Assembly (NCBI RefSeq): GCF_009914755.1
Contig: NC_060935.1
Length of the DNA stretch: 64,000 bases
Direction: 5' to 3' (one strand)
Origin: the human T2T-CHM13v2.0 reference genome, Homo sapiens
Position 1 is the stretch's first letter. Each line of letters begins with the position of its first letter. The notes beneath the pieces were generated by a model, which searched no databases, was not told where the DNA came from, and was given only the letters and a program-made list of their open reading frames with translations. Below are positions 51,200-64,000 of the stretch, piece after piece. The translations under genes and the position numbers were made by a program.

Positions 51200-54100
51200 G
51201 GAAGCATTCACAGACAATTCTTAGTGATCATTGGATTGAACTAACAGAGCTGAACATTCCTTTAGATGGAGCAGTTTCCAAACACACTTTCTGTAGAATC
51301 TGCAAGTGGATATTTGGACTTCTCTGAGGATTTCGTTGGAAACGGGATAAATTTCCCAGAACTACACGGAAGCATTCTGAGAAACTTCTTTGTGATGTTT
51401 GCATTCAACTCACAGAGTTGAACCTTGCTTTCATAGTTCAGCTTTCAAACACTCTTTTTGTAGAATCTGCAAGTGGATATTTGGACCACTTTGTGGCCTT
51501 CCTTCGAAACGTGTATATCTTCACATCAAACCTAGACAGAAGCATTTTCAGAATGTTTCCTGTGATGACTGCATTCAACTCCCAGAGGTGAACAATCCTG
51601 CTGATGGAACAGTTTTGAAACTCTCTTTCTTTGGATTCTGCAAGTGGATATGTGGACCTCTGTGAATATTTCGTTGGAAACGGGTTCATCTTCACAGAAA
51701 AACTAAACAGGAGCATTCTCAGAAACTGCTTTGTGATGTTTGTGTTCCACTTCAAGAATTGACCTTTCCTCTTGACAGAGCAGCTCTGAAACCCTCTTTT
51801 TCTAGAATCAGCAAGTGGACATTTGGAGGGCTTTGAGGCCTGTGGTGGAAAAGGAAAATCTTCACATAAAAACTAGATGGAAGCATTCTCAGAAACTACT
51901 TTGTGATGATTGCATTCGACTCACAGAGTTGAACATTCCTATAGATAGAGCAGGTTGTAAACAATCTTTTTGTAGAATCTGCGATTGGAGATTTGGACTG
52001 CTTTGAGGCCTACTGTAGTAAAGGAAATAACTTCATCTAAAAACCAAACGGAAGCATTCACAGACAATTCTTAGTGATCATTGGATTGAACGAACAGAGC
52101 TGAACATTCCTTTAGATGGAGCAGTTTCCAAACACACTTTCTGTAGAATCTGCACGTGGATATTTGGACCTCTCTGAGGATTTCGTTGGAAACGGGATAA
52201 ACTTCCCAGAACTACACGGAAGCATTCTGAGAAACTTCTTTGTGATGTTTGCATTCAACTCACAGAGTTGAACCTTGCTTTCATAGTTCAGCTTTCAAAC
52301 ACTCTTTTTGTAGAATCTGCAAGTGGATATTTGGACCACTTTGTGGCCTTCCTTCGAAACGGGTATATCTTCACATCAAACCTAGACAGAAGCATTCTCA
52401 GAATGTTTCCTGTGATGACTGCATTCAACTCACATGGGTGAACAATCCTGCTGATGGACCAGTTTTGAAACTCTCTTTCTTTGGATTCTGCAAGTGGATA
52501 TGTGGACCTCTGTGAAGATATCGTTGGAAACGGGTTCATCTTCACAGAAAAACTAAACAGGAGCATTCTCAGAAACTGCTTTGTGATGTTTGTGTTCCAC
52601 TTCAAGAATTGAACTTTCCTCTTGACAGAGCAGCTCTGAAACCCTCTTTTTCTAGAATCAGCAAGTGGACATTTGGAGGGCTTTGAGGCCTGTGGTGGAA
52701 AAGGAAAATCTTCACATAAAAACTAGATGGAAGCATTCTCAGAAACTACTTTGTGATGATTGCATTCGACTCACAGAGTTGAACATTCCTATAGATAGAG
52801 CAGGTTGTAAACAATCTTTTTGTAGAATCTGCGATTGGAGATTTGGACTGCTTTGAGGCCTACTGTAGTAAAGGAAATAACTTCATCTAAAAACCAAACG
52901 GAAGCATTCACAGACAATGCTTAGTGATCATTGGATTGAACTAACAGAGCTGAACATTCCTTTAGATGGAGCAGTTTCCAAACACACTTTCTGTAGAATC
53001 TGCAAGTGGATATTTGGACCTCTCTGAGGATTTCGTTGGAAACGGGATAAACTTCCCAGAACTACACGGAAGCATTCTGAGAAACTTCTTTGTGATGTTT
53101 GCATTCAACTCACAGAGTTGAACCTTGCTTTCATAGTTCAGCTTTCAAACACTCTCTTTGTAGAATCTGCAAGTGGATATTTGGACCACTTTGTGGCCTT
53201 CCTTCGAAACGGGTATATCTTCACATCAAACCTAGACAGAAGCATTCTCAGAATGTTTCCTGTGATGACTGCATTCAACTCACAGAGGTGAACAATCCTG
53301 CTGATGGAGCAGTTTTGAAACTCTCTTTCTTTGGATTCTGCAAGTGGATATGTGGACCTCTGTGAAGATTTCGTTGGAAACGGGTTCATCTTCACAGAAA
53401 AACTAAACAGGAGCATTCTCAGAAACTGCTTTGTGATGTTTGTGTTCCACTTCAGGAATTGAACTTTCCTCTTGACAGAGCAGCTCTGAAACCCTCTTTT
53501 TCCAGAATCTGCAAGTGGACATTTGAAGGGCTTTGAGGCCTGTGGTGGAAAAGGAAAATCTTCACATAAAAACTAGATGGAAGCATTCTCAGAAACTACT
53601 TTGTGATGATTGCATTCGACTCACAGAGTTGAACATTCCTATAGATAGAGCAGGTTGTAAACAATCTTTTTGTAGAATCTGCGATTGGAGATTTTGACTG
53701 CTTTGAGGCCTACTGTAGTAAAGGAAATAACTTCATCTAAAAACCAAACGGAAGCATTCACAGACAATTCTTAGTGATCATTGGATTGAACTAACAGAGC
53801 TGAACATTCCTTTAGATGGAGCAGTTTCCAAACACACTTTCTGTAGAATCTGCAAGTGGATATTTGGACTTCTCTGAGGATTTCGTTGGAAACGGGATAA
53901 ATTTCCCAGAACTACACGGAAGCATTCTGAGAAACTTCTTTGTGATGTTTGCATTCAACTCACAGAGTTGAACCTTGCTTTCATAGTTCAGCTTTCAAAC
54001 ACTCTTTTTGTAGAATCTGCAAGTGGATATTTGGACCACTTTGTGGCCTTCCTTCGAAACGTGTATATCTTCACATCAAACCTAGACAGAAGCATTTTCA

Positions 54101-56300
54101 GAATGTTTCCTGTGATGACTGCATTCAACTCCCAGAGGTGAACAATCCTGCTGATGGAACAGTTTTGAAACTCTCTTTCTTTGGATTCTGCAAGTGGATA
54201 TGTGGACCTCTGTGAATATTTCGTTGGAAACGGGTTCATCTTCACAGAAAAACTAAACAGGAGCATTCTCAGAAACTGCTTTGTGATGTTTGTGTTCCAC
54301 TTCAAGAATTGACCTTTCCTCTTGACAGAGCAGCTCTGAAACCCTCTTTTTCTAGAATCAGCAAGTGGACATTTGGAGGGCTTTGAGGCCTGTGGTGGAA
54401 AAGGAAAATCTTCACATAAAAACTAGATGGAAGCATTCTCAGAAACTACTTTGTGATGATTGCATTCGACTCACAGAGTTGAACATTCCTATAGATAGAG
54501 CAGGTTGTAAACAATCTTTTTGTAGAATCTGCGATTGGAGATTTGGACTGCTTTGAGGCCTACTGTAGTAAAGGAAATAACTTCATCTAAAAACCAAACG
54601 GAAGCATTCACAGACAATTCTTAGTGATCATTGGATTGAACGAACAGAGCTGAACATTCCTTTAGATGGAGCAGTTTCCAAACACACTTTCTGTAGAATC
54701 TGCACGTGGATATTTGGACCTCTCTGAGGATTTCGTTGGAAACGGGATAAACTTCCCAGAACTACACGGAAGCATTCTGAGAAACTTCTTTGTGATGTTT
54801 GCATTCAACTCACAGAGTTGAACCTTGCTTTCATAGTTCAGCTTTCAAACACTCTTTTTGTAGAATCTGCAAGTGGATATTTGGACCACTTTGTGGCCTT
54901 CCTTCGAAACGGGTATATCTTCACATCAAACCTAGACAGAAGCATTCTCAGAATGTTTCCTGTGATGACTGCATTCAACTCACATGGGTGAACAATCCTG
55001 CTGATGGACCAGTTTTGAAACTCTCTTTCTTTGGATTCTGCAAGTGGATATGTGGACCTCTGTGAAGATATCGTTGGAAACGGGTTCATCTTCACAGAAA
55101 AACTAAACAGGAGCATTCTCAGAAACTGCTTTGTGATGTTTGTGTTCCACTTCAAGAATTGAACTTTCCTCTTGACAGAGCAGCTCTGAAACCCTCTTTT
55201 TCTAGAATCAGCAAGTGGACATTTGGAGGGCTTTGAGGCCTGTGGTGGAAAAGGAAAATCTTCACATAAAAACTAGATGGAAGCATTCTCAGAAACTACT
55301 TTGTGATGATTGCATTCGACTCACAGAGTTGAACATTCCTATAGATAGAGCAGGTTGTAAACAATCTTTTTGTAGAATCTGCGATTGGAGATTTGGACTG
55401 CTTTGAGGCCTACTGTAGTAAAGGAAATAACTTCATCTAAAAACCGAACGGAAGCATTCACAGACAATGCTTAGTGATCATTGGATTGAACTAACAGAGC
55501 TGAACATTCCTTTAGATGGAGCAGTTTCCAAACACACTTTCTGTAGAATCTGCAAGTGGATATTTGGACCTCTCTGAGGATTTCGTTGGAAACGGGATAA
55601 ACTTCCCAGAACTACACGGAAGCATTCTGAGAAACTTCTTTGTGATGTTTGCATTCAACTCACAGAGTTGAACCTTGCTTTCATAGTTCAGCTTTCAAAC
55701 ACTCTCTTTGTAGAATCTGCAAGTGGATATTTGGACCACTTTGTGGCCTTCCTTCGAAACGGGTATATCTTCACATCAAACCTAGACAGAAGCATTCTCA
55801 GAATGTTTCCTGTGATGACTGCATTCAACTCACAGAGGTGAACAATCCTGCTGATGGAGCAGTTTTGAAACTCTCTTTCTTTGGATTCTGCAAGTGGATA
55901 TGTGGACCTCTGTGAAGATTTCGTTGGAAACGGGTTCATCTTCACAGAAAAACTAAACAGGAGCATTCTCAGAAACTGCTTTGTGATGTTTGTGTTCCAC
56001 TTCAGGAATTGAACTTTCCTCTTGACAGAGCAGCTCTGAAACCCTCTTTTTCCAGAATCTGCAAGTGGACATTTGAAGGGCTTTGAGGCCTGTGGTGGAA
56101 AAGGAAAATCTTCACATAAAAACTAGATGGAAGCATTCTCAGAAACTACTTTGTGATGATTGCATTCGACTCACAGAGTTGAACATTCCTATAGATAGAG
56201 CAGGTTGTAAACAATCTTTTTGTAGAATCTGCGATTGGAGATTTTGACTGCTTTGAGGCCTACTGTAGTAAAGGAAATAACTTCATCTAAAAACCAAACG
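51200..56300 (+). repeat. Tandem duplication of a 3-HOR (2550 bp) block
   Basis: Markers at exact 2550 bp spacing: cattttca 51546/54096, cccagagg 51581/54131, tgcacgtg 52151/54701, cacatgggtg 52431/54981, actctctttg 53151/55701, atttgaagg 53521/56071. Confidence 0.93.
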
Positions 56301-59300
56301 GAAGCATTCACAGACAATTCTTAGTGATCATTGGATTGAACTAACAGAGCTGAACATTCCTTTAGATGGCGCAGTTTCCAAACACACTTTCTGTAGAATC
56401 TGCAAGTGGATATTTGGACCTCTCTGAGGATTTCGTTGGAAACGGGATATACTTCCCAGAACTACACGGAAGCATTCTGAGAAACTTCTTTGTGATGTTT
56501 GCATTCAACTCACAGAGTTGAACCTTGCTTTCATAGTTCAGCTTTCAAACACTCTTTTTGTAGAATCTGCAAGTGGATATTTGGACCACTTTGTGGCCTT
56601 CCTTCGAAACGGGTATATCTTCACATCAAACCTAGACAGAAGCATTCTCAGAATGTTTCCTGTGATGACTGCATTCAACTCACAGAGGTGAACAATCCTG
56701 CTGATGGAGCAGTTTTGAAACTCTCTTTCTTTGGATTCTGCAAGTGGATATGTGGACCTCTGTGAAGATTTCGTTGGAAACGGGTTCATCTTCACAGAAA
56801 AACTAAACAGGAGCATTCTCAGAAACTGCTTTGTGATGTTTGTGTTCCACTTCAGGAATTGAACTTTCCTCTTGATAGAGCAGCTCTGAAACCCTCTTTT
56901 TCTAGGATCTGCAAGTGGACATTTGGAGGGCTTTGAGGCCTGTGGTGGAAAAGGAAAATCTTCACATAAAAACTAGATGGAAGCATTCTCAGAAACTACT
57001 TTGTGATGATTGCATTCGACTCACAGAGTTGAACATTCCTATAGATAGAGCAGGTTGTAAACAAACTTTTTGTAGAATCTGCGATTGGATATTTGGACTG
57101 CTTTGAGGCCTACTGTAGTAAAGGAAATAACTTCATCTAAAAACCAAACGGAAGCATTCACAGACAATTCTTAGTGATCATTGGATTGAACTAACAGAGC
57201 TGAACATTCCCTTAGATGGCACAGTTTCCAAACACACTTTCTGTAGAATCTGCAAGTGGATATTTGGACCTCTCTGAGGATTTCGTTGGAAACGGGCTAA
57301 ACTTCCCAGAACTACACGGAAGCATTCTGAGAAACTTCTTTGTGATGTTTGCATTCAACTCACAGAGTTGAATCTTGCTTTCATAGTTCAGCTTTCAAAC
57401 ACTCTTTTTGTAGAATCTGCAAATGGATATTTGGACCACTTTGTGGCCTTCCTTGGAAACGGGTATATCTTCACATCAAACCTTGACAGAAGCATTCTCA
57501 GAATGTTTCCTGTGATGACTGCATTCAACTCACAGAGGTGAACAATCCTGTTGATGGAGCAGTTTTGAAACTCTCTTTCTTTGGATTCTGCAAGTGGATA
57601 TGTGGACCTCTGTGAAGATTTCGTTGGAAACGGGCTCATCTTCACAGAAAAAGTAAACAGGAGCATTCTCAGAAACTGCTTTGTGATGTTTGTGTTCCAC
57701 TTCAGGAATTGAACTTTCCTCTTGACAGAGCAGCTCTGAAACCCTCTTTTTCTAGAATCTGCAAGTGGACATTTGGAGGGCTTTGAGGCCTGTGGTTGAA
57801 AAGGATAATCTTCACATAAAAACTAGATGGAAGCATTCTCAGAAACTACTTTGTGATGATTGCATTCGACTCACAGAGTTGAACATTCCTATAGATAGAG
57901 CAGGTTGTAAACAATCTTTTTGTAGAATCTGCGATTGGAGATTTGGACTGCTTTGAGGCCTACTGTAGTAAAGGAAATAACTTCATCTAAAAACCAAACG
58001 GAAGCATTCACAGACAATTCTTAGTGATCATTGGATTGAACTAACAGAGCTGAACATTCCTTTAGATGGAGCAGTTTCCAAACCCACTTTCTGTAGAATC
58101 TGCAAGTGGATATTTGGACCTCTCTGAGGATTTCGTTGGAAACGGGATATACTTCCCAGAACTACACGGAAGTATTCTGAGAAACTTCTTCGTGATGGTT
58201 GCATTCAACTCACAGAGTTGAACCTTGCTTTCATAGTTCAGCTTTCAAACACTCTTTTTGTAGAATCTGCAAGTGGATATTTGGACCATTTTGTGGCCTT
58301 CCTTCGAAACGTGTATATCTTCACATCAAACCTTGACAGAAGCATTCTCAGAATGTTTCCTGTGATGACTGCATTCAACTCACAGAGGTGAACAATCCTG
58401 CTGATGGAGCAGTTTTGAAACTCTCTTTCTTTGGATTCTGCAAGTGGATATGTGGACCTCTGTGAAGATTTCGTTGGAAACGGGTTCATCTTCACAGAAA
58501 AACTAAACAGGAGCATTCTCAGAAACTGCTTTGTGATGTTTGTGTTCCACTTCAGGAATTGAACTTTCCTCTTGACAGAGCAGCTCTGAAACCCTCTTTT
58601 TCTAGAATCTGCAAGAGGACATTTGGAGGGCTTTGAGGCCTGTGGTGGAAAAGGAAAATCTTCACATAAAAACTAGATGGAAGCATTCTCAGAAACTACT
58701 TTGTGATGATTGCATTCGACTCAAAGAGTTGAACATTCCTATAGATAGAGCAGGTTGTAAACAATCTTTTTGTAGAATCTGCGATTGGAGATTTGGACTG
58801 CTTTGAGGCCTACTGTAGTAAAGGAAATAACTTCATCTAAAAACCAAACGGAAGCATTCACAGACAATTCTTAGTGATCATTGGATTGAACTAACAGAGC
58901 TGAACATTCCCTTAGATGGCACATTTTCCAAACACACTTTCTGTAGAATCTGCAAGTGGATATTTGGACCTCTCTGAGGATTTCGTTGGAAACGGGTTAA
59001 ACTTCCCAGAACTACACGGAAGGATTCTGAGAAACTTCTTTGTGATGTTTGCTTTCAAATCACAGAGTTGAACCTTGCTTTCATAGTTCAGCTTTCAAAC
59101 ACTCTTTTTGTAGAATCTGCAAGTGGATATTTGGACCACTTTGTGGCCTTCCTTCGAAACGGGTATATCTTCACATCAAACCTAGACAGAAGCATTCTCA
59201 GAATGTTTCCTGTGATGACTGCATTCAACTCACCGAGGTGAACAATCCTGTTGATGGAGCCGTTTTGAAACTCCCTTTCTTTTGATTCTTCAAGTGGATA

Positions 59301-62300
59301 TGTGGAACTCTGTGAAGATTTCGTTGGAAACGGGTTCATCTTCACAGAAAAACTAAACAGGAGCATTCTCAGAAACTGCTTTGTGATGTTTGTGTTCCAC
59401 TTCAGGAATTGAACTTTCCTCTTGACAGAGCAGCTCTGAAACCCTCTTTTTCTAGAATCTGCAAGTGGACATTTGGAGGGCTTTGAGGCCTGTGGTTGAA
59501 AAGGATAATCTTCACATAAAAACTAGATGGAAGCATTCTCAGAAACTACTTTGTGATGATTGCATTCGACTCATAGAGTTGAACATTCCTATAGATAGAG
59601 CAGGTTGTAAACAATCTTTTTGTAGAATCTGCGATTGGAGATTTGGACTGCTTTGAGGCCTACTGTAGTAAAGGAAATAACTTCATCCAAAAAGCAAACG
59701 GAAGCATTCACAGACAATTCTTAATGATCATTGGATTGAACTAACAGAGCTGAACATTCCTTTAGATGGCGCAGTTTCCAAACCCACTTTCTGTAGAATC
59801 TGCAAGTGGATATTTGGAACTCTCTGAGGATTTCGTTGGAAACGGGATATACTTCCCAGAACTACACGGAAGTATTCTGAGAAACTTCTTCTTGATGGTT
59901 GCATTCAACTCACAGAGTTGAACCTTGCTTTCATAGTTCAGCTTTCAAACACTCTTTTTGTAGAATCTGCAAGTGGATATTTGGACCATTTTGTGGCCTT
60001 CCTTCGAAACGGGTATATCTTCACATCAAACCTTGACAGAAGCATTCTCAGAATGTTTCCTGTGATGACTGCATTCAACTCACAGAGGTGAACAATCCTG
60101 CTGATGGAGCAGTTTTGAAACTCTCTTTCTTTGGATTCTGCAAGTGGATATGTGGACCTCTGTGAAGATTTCGTTGGAAACGGGTTCATCTTCACAGAAA
60201 AACTAAACAGGAGCATTCTCAGAAACTGCTTTGTGATGTTTGTGTTCCACTTCAGGAATTGAACTTTCCTCTTGACAGAGCAGCTCTGAAACCCTCTTTT
60301 TCTAGAATCTGCAAGTGGACATTTGGAGGGCTTTGAGGCCTGTGGTGGAAAAGGAAAATCTTCACATAAAAACTAGATGGAAGCATTCTCAGAAACTACT
60401 TTGTGATGATTGCATTCAACTCAAAGAGTTGAACATTCCTATAGATAGAGCAGGTTGTAAACAATCTTTTTGTAGAATCTGCGATTGGAGATTTGGACTG
60501 CTTTGAGGCCTACTGTAGTAAAGGAAATAACTTCATCTAAAAACCAAACGGAAGCATTCACAGACAATTCTTAGTGATCATTGGATTGAACTAACAGAGC
60601 TGAACATTCCCTTAGATGGCACAGTTTCCAAACACACTTTCTGTAGAATCTGCAAGTGGATATTTGGACCTCTCTGAGGATTTCGTTGGAATCGGGATAA
60701 ACTTCCCAGAACTACACGGAAGCATTCTGAGAAACTTCTTTGTGATGTTTGCATTCAACTCACAGAGTTGAACCTTGCTTTCATAGTTCAGCTTTCAAAC
60801 ACTCTTTTTGTAGAATCTGCAAGTGGATATTTGGACCACTTTGTGGCCTTCCTTCGAAACGGGTATATCTTCACATCAAACCTAGACAGAAGCATTCTCA
60901 GAATGTTTCCTGTGATGACTGCATTCAACTCACAGTTGTGAGCAATCCTGTTGATGGAGCCGTTTTGAAACTCCCTTTCTTTTGATTCTGCAAGTGGATA
61001 TGTGGAACTCTGTGAAGATTTCGTTGGAAACGGGTTCATCTTCACAGAAAAATTAACAGGAGCATTCTCAGAAACTGCTTTGTGATGTTTGTGTTCCACT
61101 TCAAGAATTGAACTTTCCTCTTGACAGAGCAGCTCTGAAACCCTCTTTTTCTAGAATCTGCTAGTGGACATTTGGAGGGCTTTGAGGCCTGTGGTGGAAA
61201 AGGAAAATCTTCACATAAAAACTAGATGGAAGCATTCTCAGAAACTACTTTGTGATGATTGCATTCGACTCACAGAGTTGAACATTCCTATAGATAGAGC
61301 AGGTTGTAAACAATCTTTTTGTAGAATCTGCGATTGGAGATTTGGACTGCTTTGAGGCCTACTGTAGTAAAGGAAATAACTTCATCTAAAAACCAAACGG
61401 AAGCATTCACAGACAATTCTTAGTGATCATTGGATTGAACAAACAGAGCTGAACATTCCTTTAGATAGAGCAGTTTCCAAACACACTTTCTGTAGAATCT
61501 GCAAGTGGATATTTGGACTTCTCTGAGGATTTCGTTGGAAACGGGATAAACTTCCCAGAACTACACGGAAGCATTCTGAGAAACTTCTTTGTGATGTTTG
61601 CATTCAACTCACAGAGTTGAACCTTGCTTTCATAGTTCAGCTTTCAAACACTCTTTTTGTAGAATCTGCAAGTGGATATTTGGACCACTTTGTGGCCTTC
61701 CTTCGAAACGGGTATATCTTCACATCAAAGCTAGACAGAAGCAGTCTCAGAATGTTTCCTGTGATGACTGCATTGAACTCACAGAGGTGAACAATCCTGT
61801 TGATGGAGCAGTTTTGAAACTCTCTTTCTTTGGATTCTGCAAGTGGATATGTGGACCTCTGTGAAGATTTCGTTGGAAACGGGTTCATCTTCACAGAAAA
61901 ACTAAACAGGAGCATTCTCAGAAACTGCTTTGTGATGTTTGTGTTCCACTTCAAGAATTGAACTTTCCTCTTGACAGAGGAGCTCTGAAACCCTCTTTTT
62001 CTAGAATCTGCAAGTGGACATTTGGAGGGCTTTGAGGCCTGTGGTGGAAAAGGAAAATCTTCACATAAAAACTAGATGGAAGCATTCTCAGAAACTACTT
62101 TGTGATGATTGCATTCGACTCACAGAGTTGAACATTCGTATAGATAGAGCAGGTTGTAAACAATCTTTTTGTAGAATCTGCGATTGGAGATTTGGACTGC
62201 TTTGAGGCCTACTGTAGTAAAGGAAATAACTTCATCTAAAAACCAAACGGAAGCATTCAGAGACAATTCTTAGTGATCATTGGATTGAACTAACAGAGCT

Positions 62301-64000
62301 GAACATTCCTTTAGATGGCGCAGTTTCCAAACACACTTTCTGTAGAATCTGCAAGTGGATATTTGGACCTCTCTGAGGATTTCGTTGGAAACGGGATATA
62401 CTTCCCAGAACTACACGGAAGTATTCTGATAAACTTCTTTGTGATGGTTGCATTCAACTCACAGAGTTGAACCTTGCTTTCATAGTTCAGCTTTCAAACA
62501 CTCTTTTTGTAGAATCTGCAAGTGGATATTTGGACCAATTTGTGGCCTTCCTTCGAAACGGGTATATCTTCACATCAAACCTTGACAGAAGCATTCTCAG
62601 AATGTTTCCTGTGATGACTGCATTCAACTCACAGAGGTGAACAATCCTGCTGATGCAGCAGTTTTGAAACTCTCTTTCTTTGGATTCTGCAAGTGGATAT
62701 GTGGACCTCTGTGAAGATTTCGTTGGAAACGGGTTCATCTTCACAGAAAAACTAAACAGGAGCATTCTCAGAAACTGCTTTGTGATGTTTGTGTTCCACT
62801 TCAAGAATTGAACTTTCCTCTTGACAGAGCAGCTCTGAAACCCTCTTTTTCCAGAATCTGCAAGTGGACATTTGGAGGGCTTTGAGGCCTGTGGTGGAAA
62901 AGGAAAATCTTCACATAAAAACTAGATGGAAGCATTCTCAGAAACTACTCTGTGATGATTGCATTCGACTCACAGAGTTGAACATTCCTATAGATAGAGC
63001 AGGTTGTAAACAATCTTTTTGTAGAATCTGGGATTGGAGATTTGGACTGCTTTGAGGCCTACTGTAGTAAAGGAAATAACTTCATCTAAAAACCAAACGG
63101 AAGCATTCACAGACAATTCTTAGTGATCATTGGAATGAACTAACAGAGCTGAACATTCCTTTAGATGGAGCAGTTTCCAAACACACTTTCTGTAGAATCT
63201 GCAAGTGGATATTTGGACCTCTCTGAGGATTTCGTTGGAAACGGGATAAATTTCCCAGAACTACACGGAAGCATTCTGAGAAACTTCTTTGTGATGTTTG
63301 CATTCAACTCACAGAGTTGAACCTTGCTTTCATAGTTCAGCTTTCAAACACTCTTTTTGTAGAATCTGCAAGTGGATATTTGGACCACTTTGTGGCCTTC
63401 CTTCGAAACGGGTATATCTTCACATCAAACCTAGACAGAAGCATTCTCAGAATGTTTCCTGTGATGACTGCATTCAACTCACAGAGGTGAACAATCCTGT
63501 TGATGGAGCAGTTTTGAAACTCTCTTTCTTTGGATTCTGCAAGTGGATATGTGGACCTCTGTGTAGATTTCGTTGGAAACGGGTTCATCTTCACAGAAAA
63601 ACTAAACAGGAGCATTCTCAGAAACTGCTTTGTGATGTTTGTGTTCCACTTCAAGAATTGAACTTTCCTCTTGACAGAGGAGCTCTGAAACCCTCTTTTT
63701 CTAGAATCTGCAAGTGGACATTTGGAGGGCTTTGAGGCCTGTGGTGGAAAAGGAAAATCTTCACATAAAAACTAGATGGAAGCATTCTCAGAAACTACTT
63801 TGTGATGATTGCATTCGACTCACAGAGTTGAACATTCCTATAGATAGAGCAGGTTGTAAACAATCTTTTTGTAGAATCTGCGATTGGAGATTTGGACTGC
63901 TTTGAGGCCTACTGTAGTAAAGGAAATAACTTCATCTAAAAACCAAACGGAAGCATTCACAGACAATTCTTAGTGATCATTGGATTGAACAAACAGAGCT

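Larger units (their letters stand above)
1..64000 (+). repeat. Centromeric alpha-satellite higher-order repeat array, 5-mer ~850 bp HOR, ~75 copies, SF3 pentameric family, probably D11Z1 (human chr11)
   Basis: Alphoid motifs (aagcattctcagaaact, tgtagaatctgcaagtggatatttgga, cattcaactcacagagttgaac) recur every ~170 bp. Near-identical sequence recurs every 848-851 bp, for example ORF-track starts 33965, 34815 ... 60315 at exact 850 bp steps. One TCTAGA per unit, CENP-B boxes, and one orientation throughout. Alpha satellite identity is essentially certain; the D11Z1 name rests on the known 850 bp XbaI pentamer of chr11 (~0.85). Confidence 0.98.

Noticed and set aside
415-63905. About 200 short repeated ORFs (MHSTHRVEPC..., MDIWRALRP..., MKWNTNITK...)
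   Set aside because: They are chance open frames of the satellite repeated every 850 bp. Many use non-ATG starts, overlap on both strands and are freely broken by stops and frameshifts, and none resembles a known domain. The Cys/His richness is not a zinc-finger pattern.
1-64000. CRISPR-like or other repeat-spacer array, or a novel prokaryotic system
   Set aside because: There are no unique spacers and no cas or other genes. The intervening sequence is itself repeated and matches primate alpha satellite.
1-64000. Transposon insertion (L1/Alu), inversion, or HOR with missing or extra monomers
   Set aside because: The 850 bp phase drifts only by single bases from start to end, and I saw no poly-A tail, foreign sequence or strand switch.
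1-64000. Assignment to DXZ1, D17Z1 or the D1Z5-type SF3 arrays
   Set aside because: Those SF3 arrays have 12-, 16- and 11-monomer HORs, whereas the period here is a simple 5-mer of 850 bp.
1-64000. Apparent excess of C>A/G>T changes among variants
   Set aside because: This is only an impression from reading. It was not counted and is confounded by duplicated blocks, so it needs a polarised mutation spectrum.
1-64000. Claim that this window is the active kinetochore (CENP-A) domain
   Set aside because: Sequence alone cannot show this; it needs methylation-dip or CENP-A mapping data.

Overview
The whole 64 kb window is one uninterrupted, head-to-tail, single-orientation primate alpha-satellite array. 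It has about 75 copies of an ~850 bp higher-order repeat (HOR) made of five ~168-171 bp monomers: two A-type and three B-type, two of which carry intact CENP-B boxes. The 850 bp pentamer, the A/B pattern and one XbaI site per unit fit suprachromosomal family 3 and most likely the human chromosome 11 array D11Z1. That assignment comes from recognition, not a database search. I found no genes, RNA genes, transposon insertions, inversions or CRISPR arrays, and the ORF track only reflects the repeat. I see no new biological system. The noteworthy signal is second-order structure read from shared variants: 2-, 3-, 4- and 5-HOR tandem duplications with mappable junctions; dispersed block copies at 11, 13, 16 and 64 HOR offsets; a HOR subtype confined to the middle of the window; four ~1.7 kb stretches with no intact CENP-B box; and uneven 1-bp indel density that may be partly sequencing error. 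All variant lists were read by eye and need confirming by alignment.
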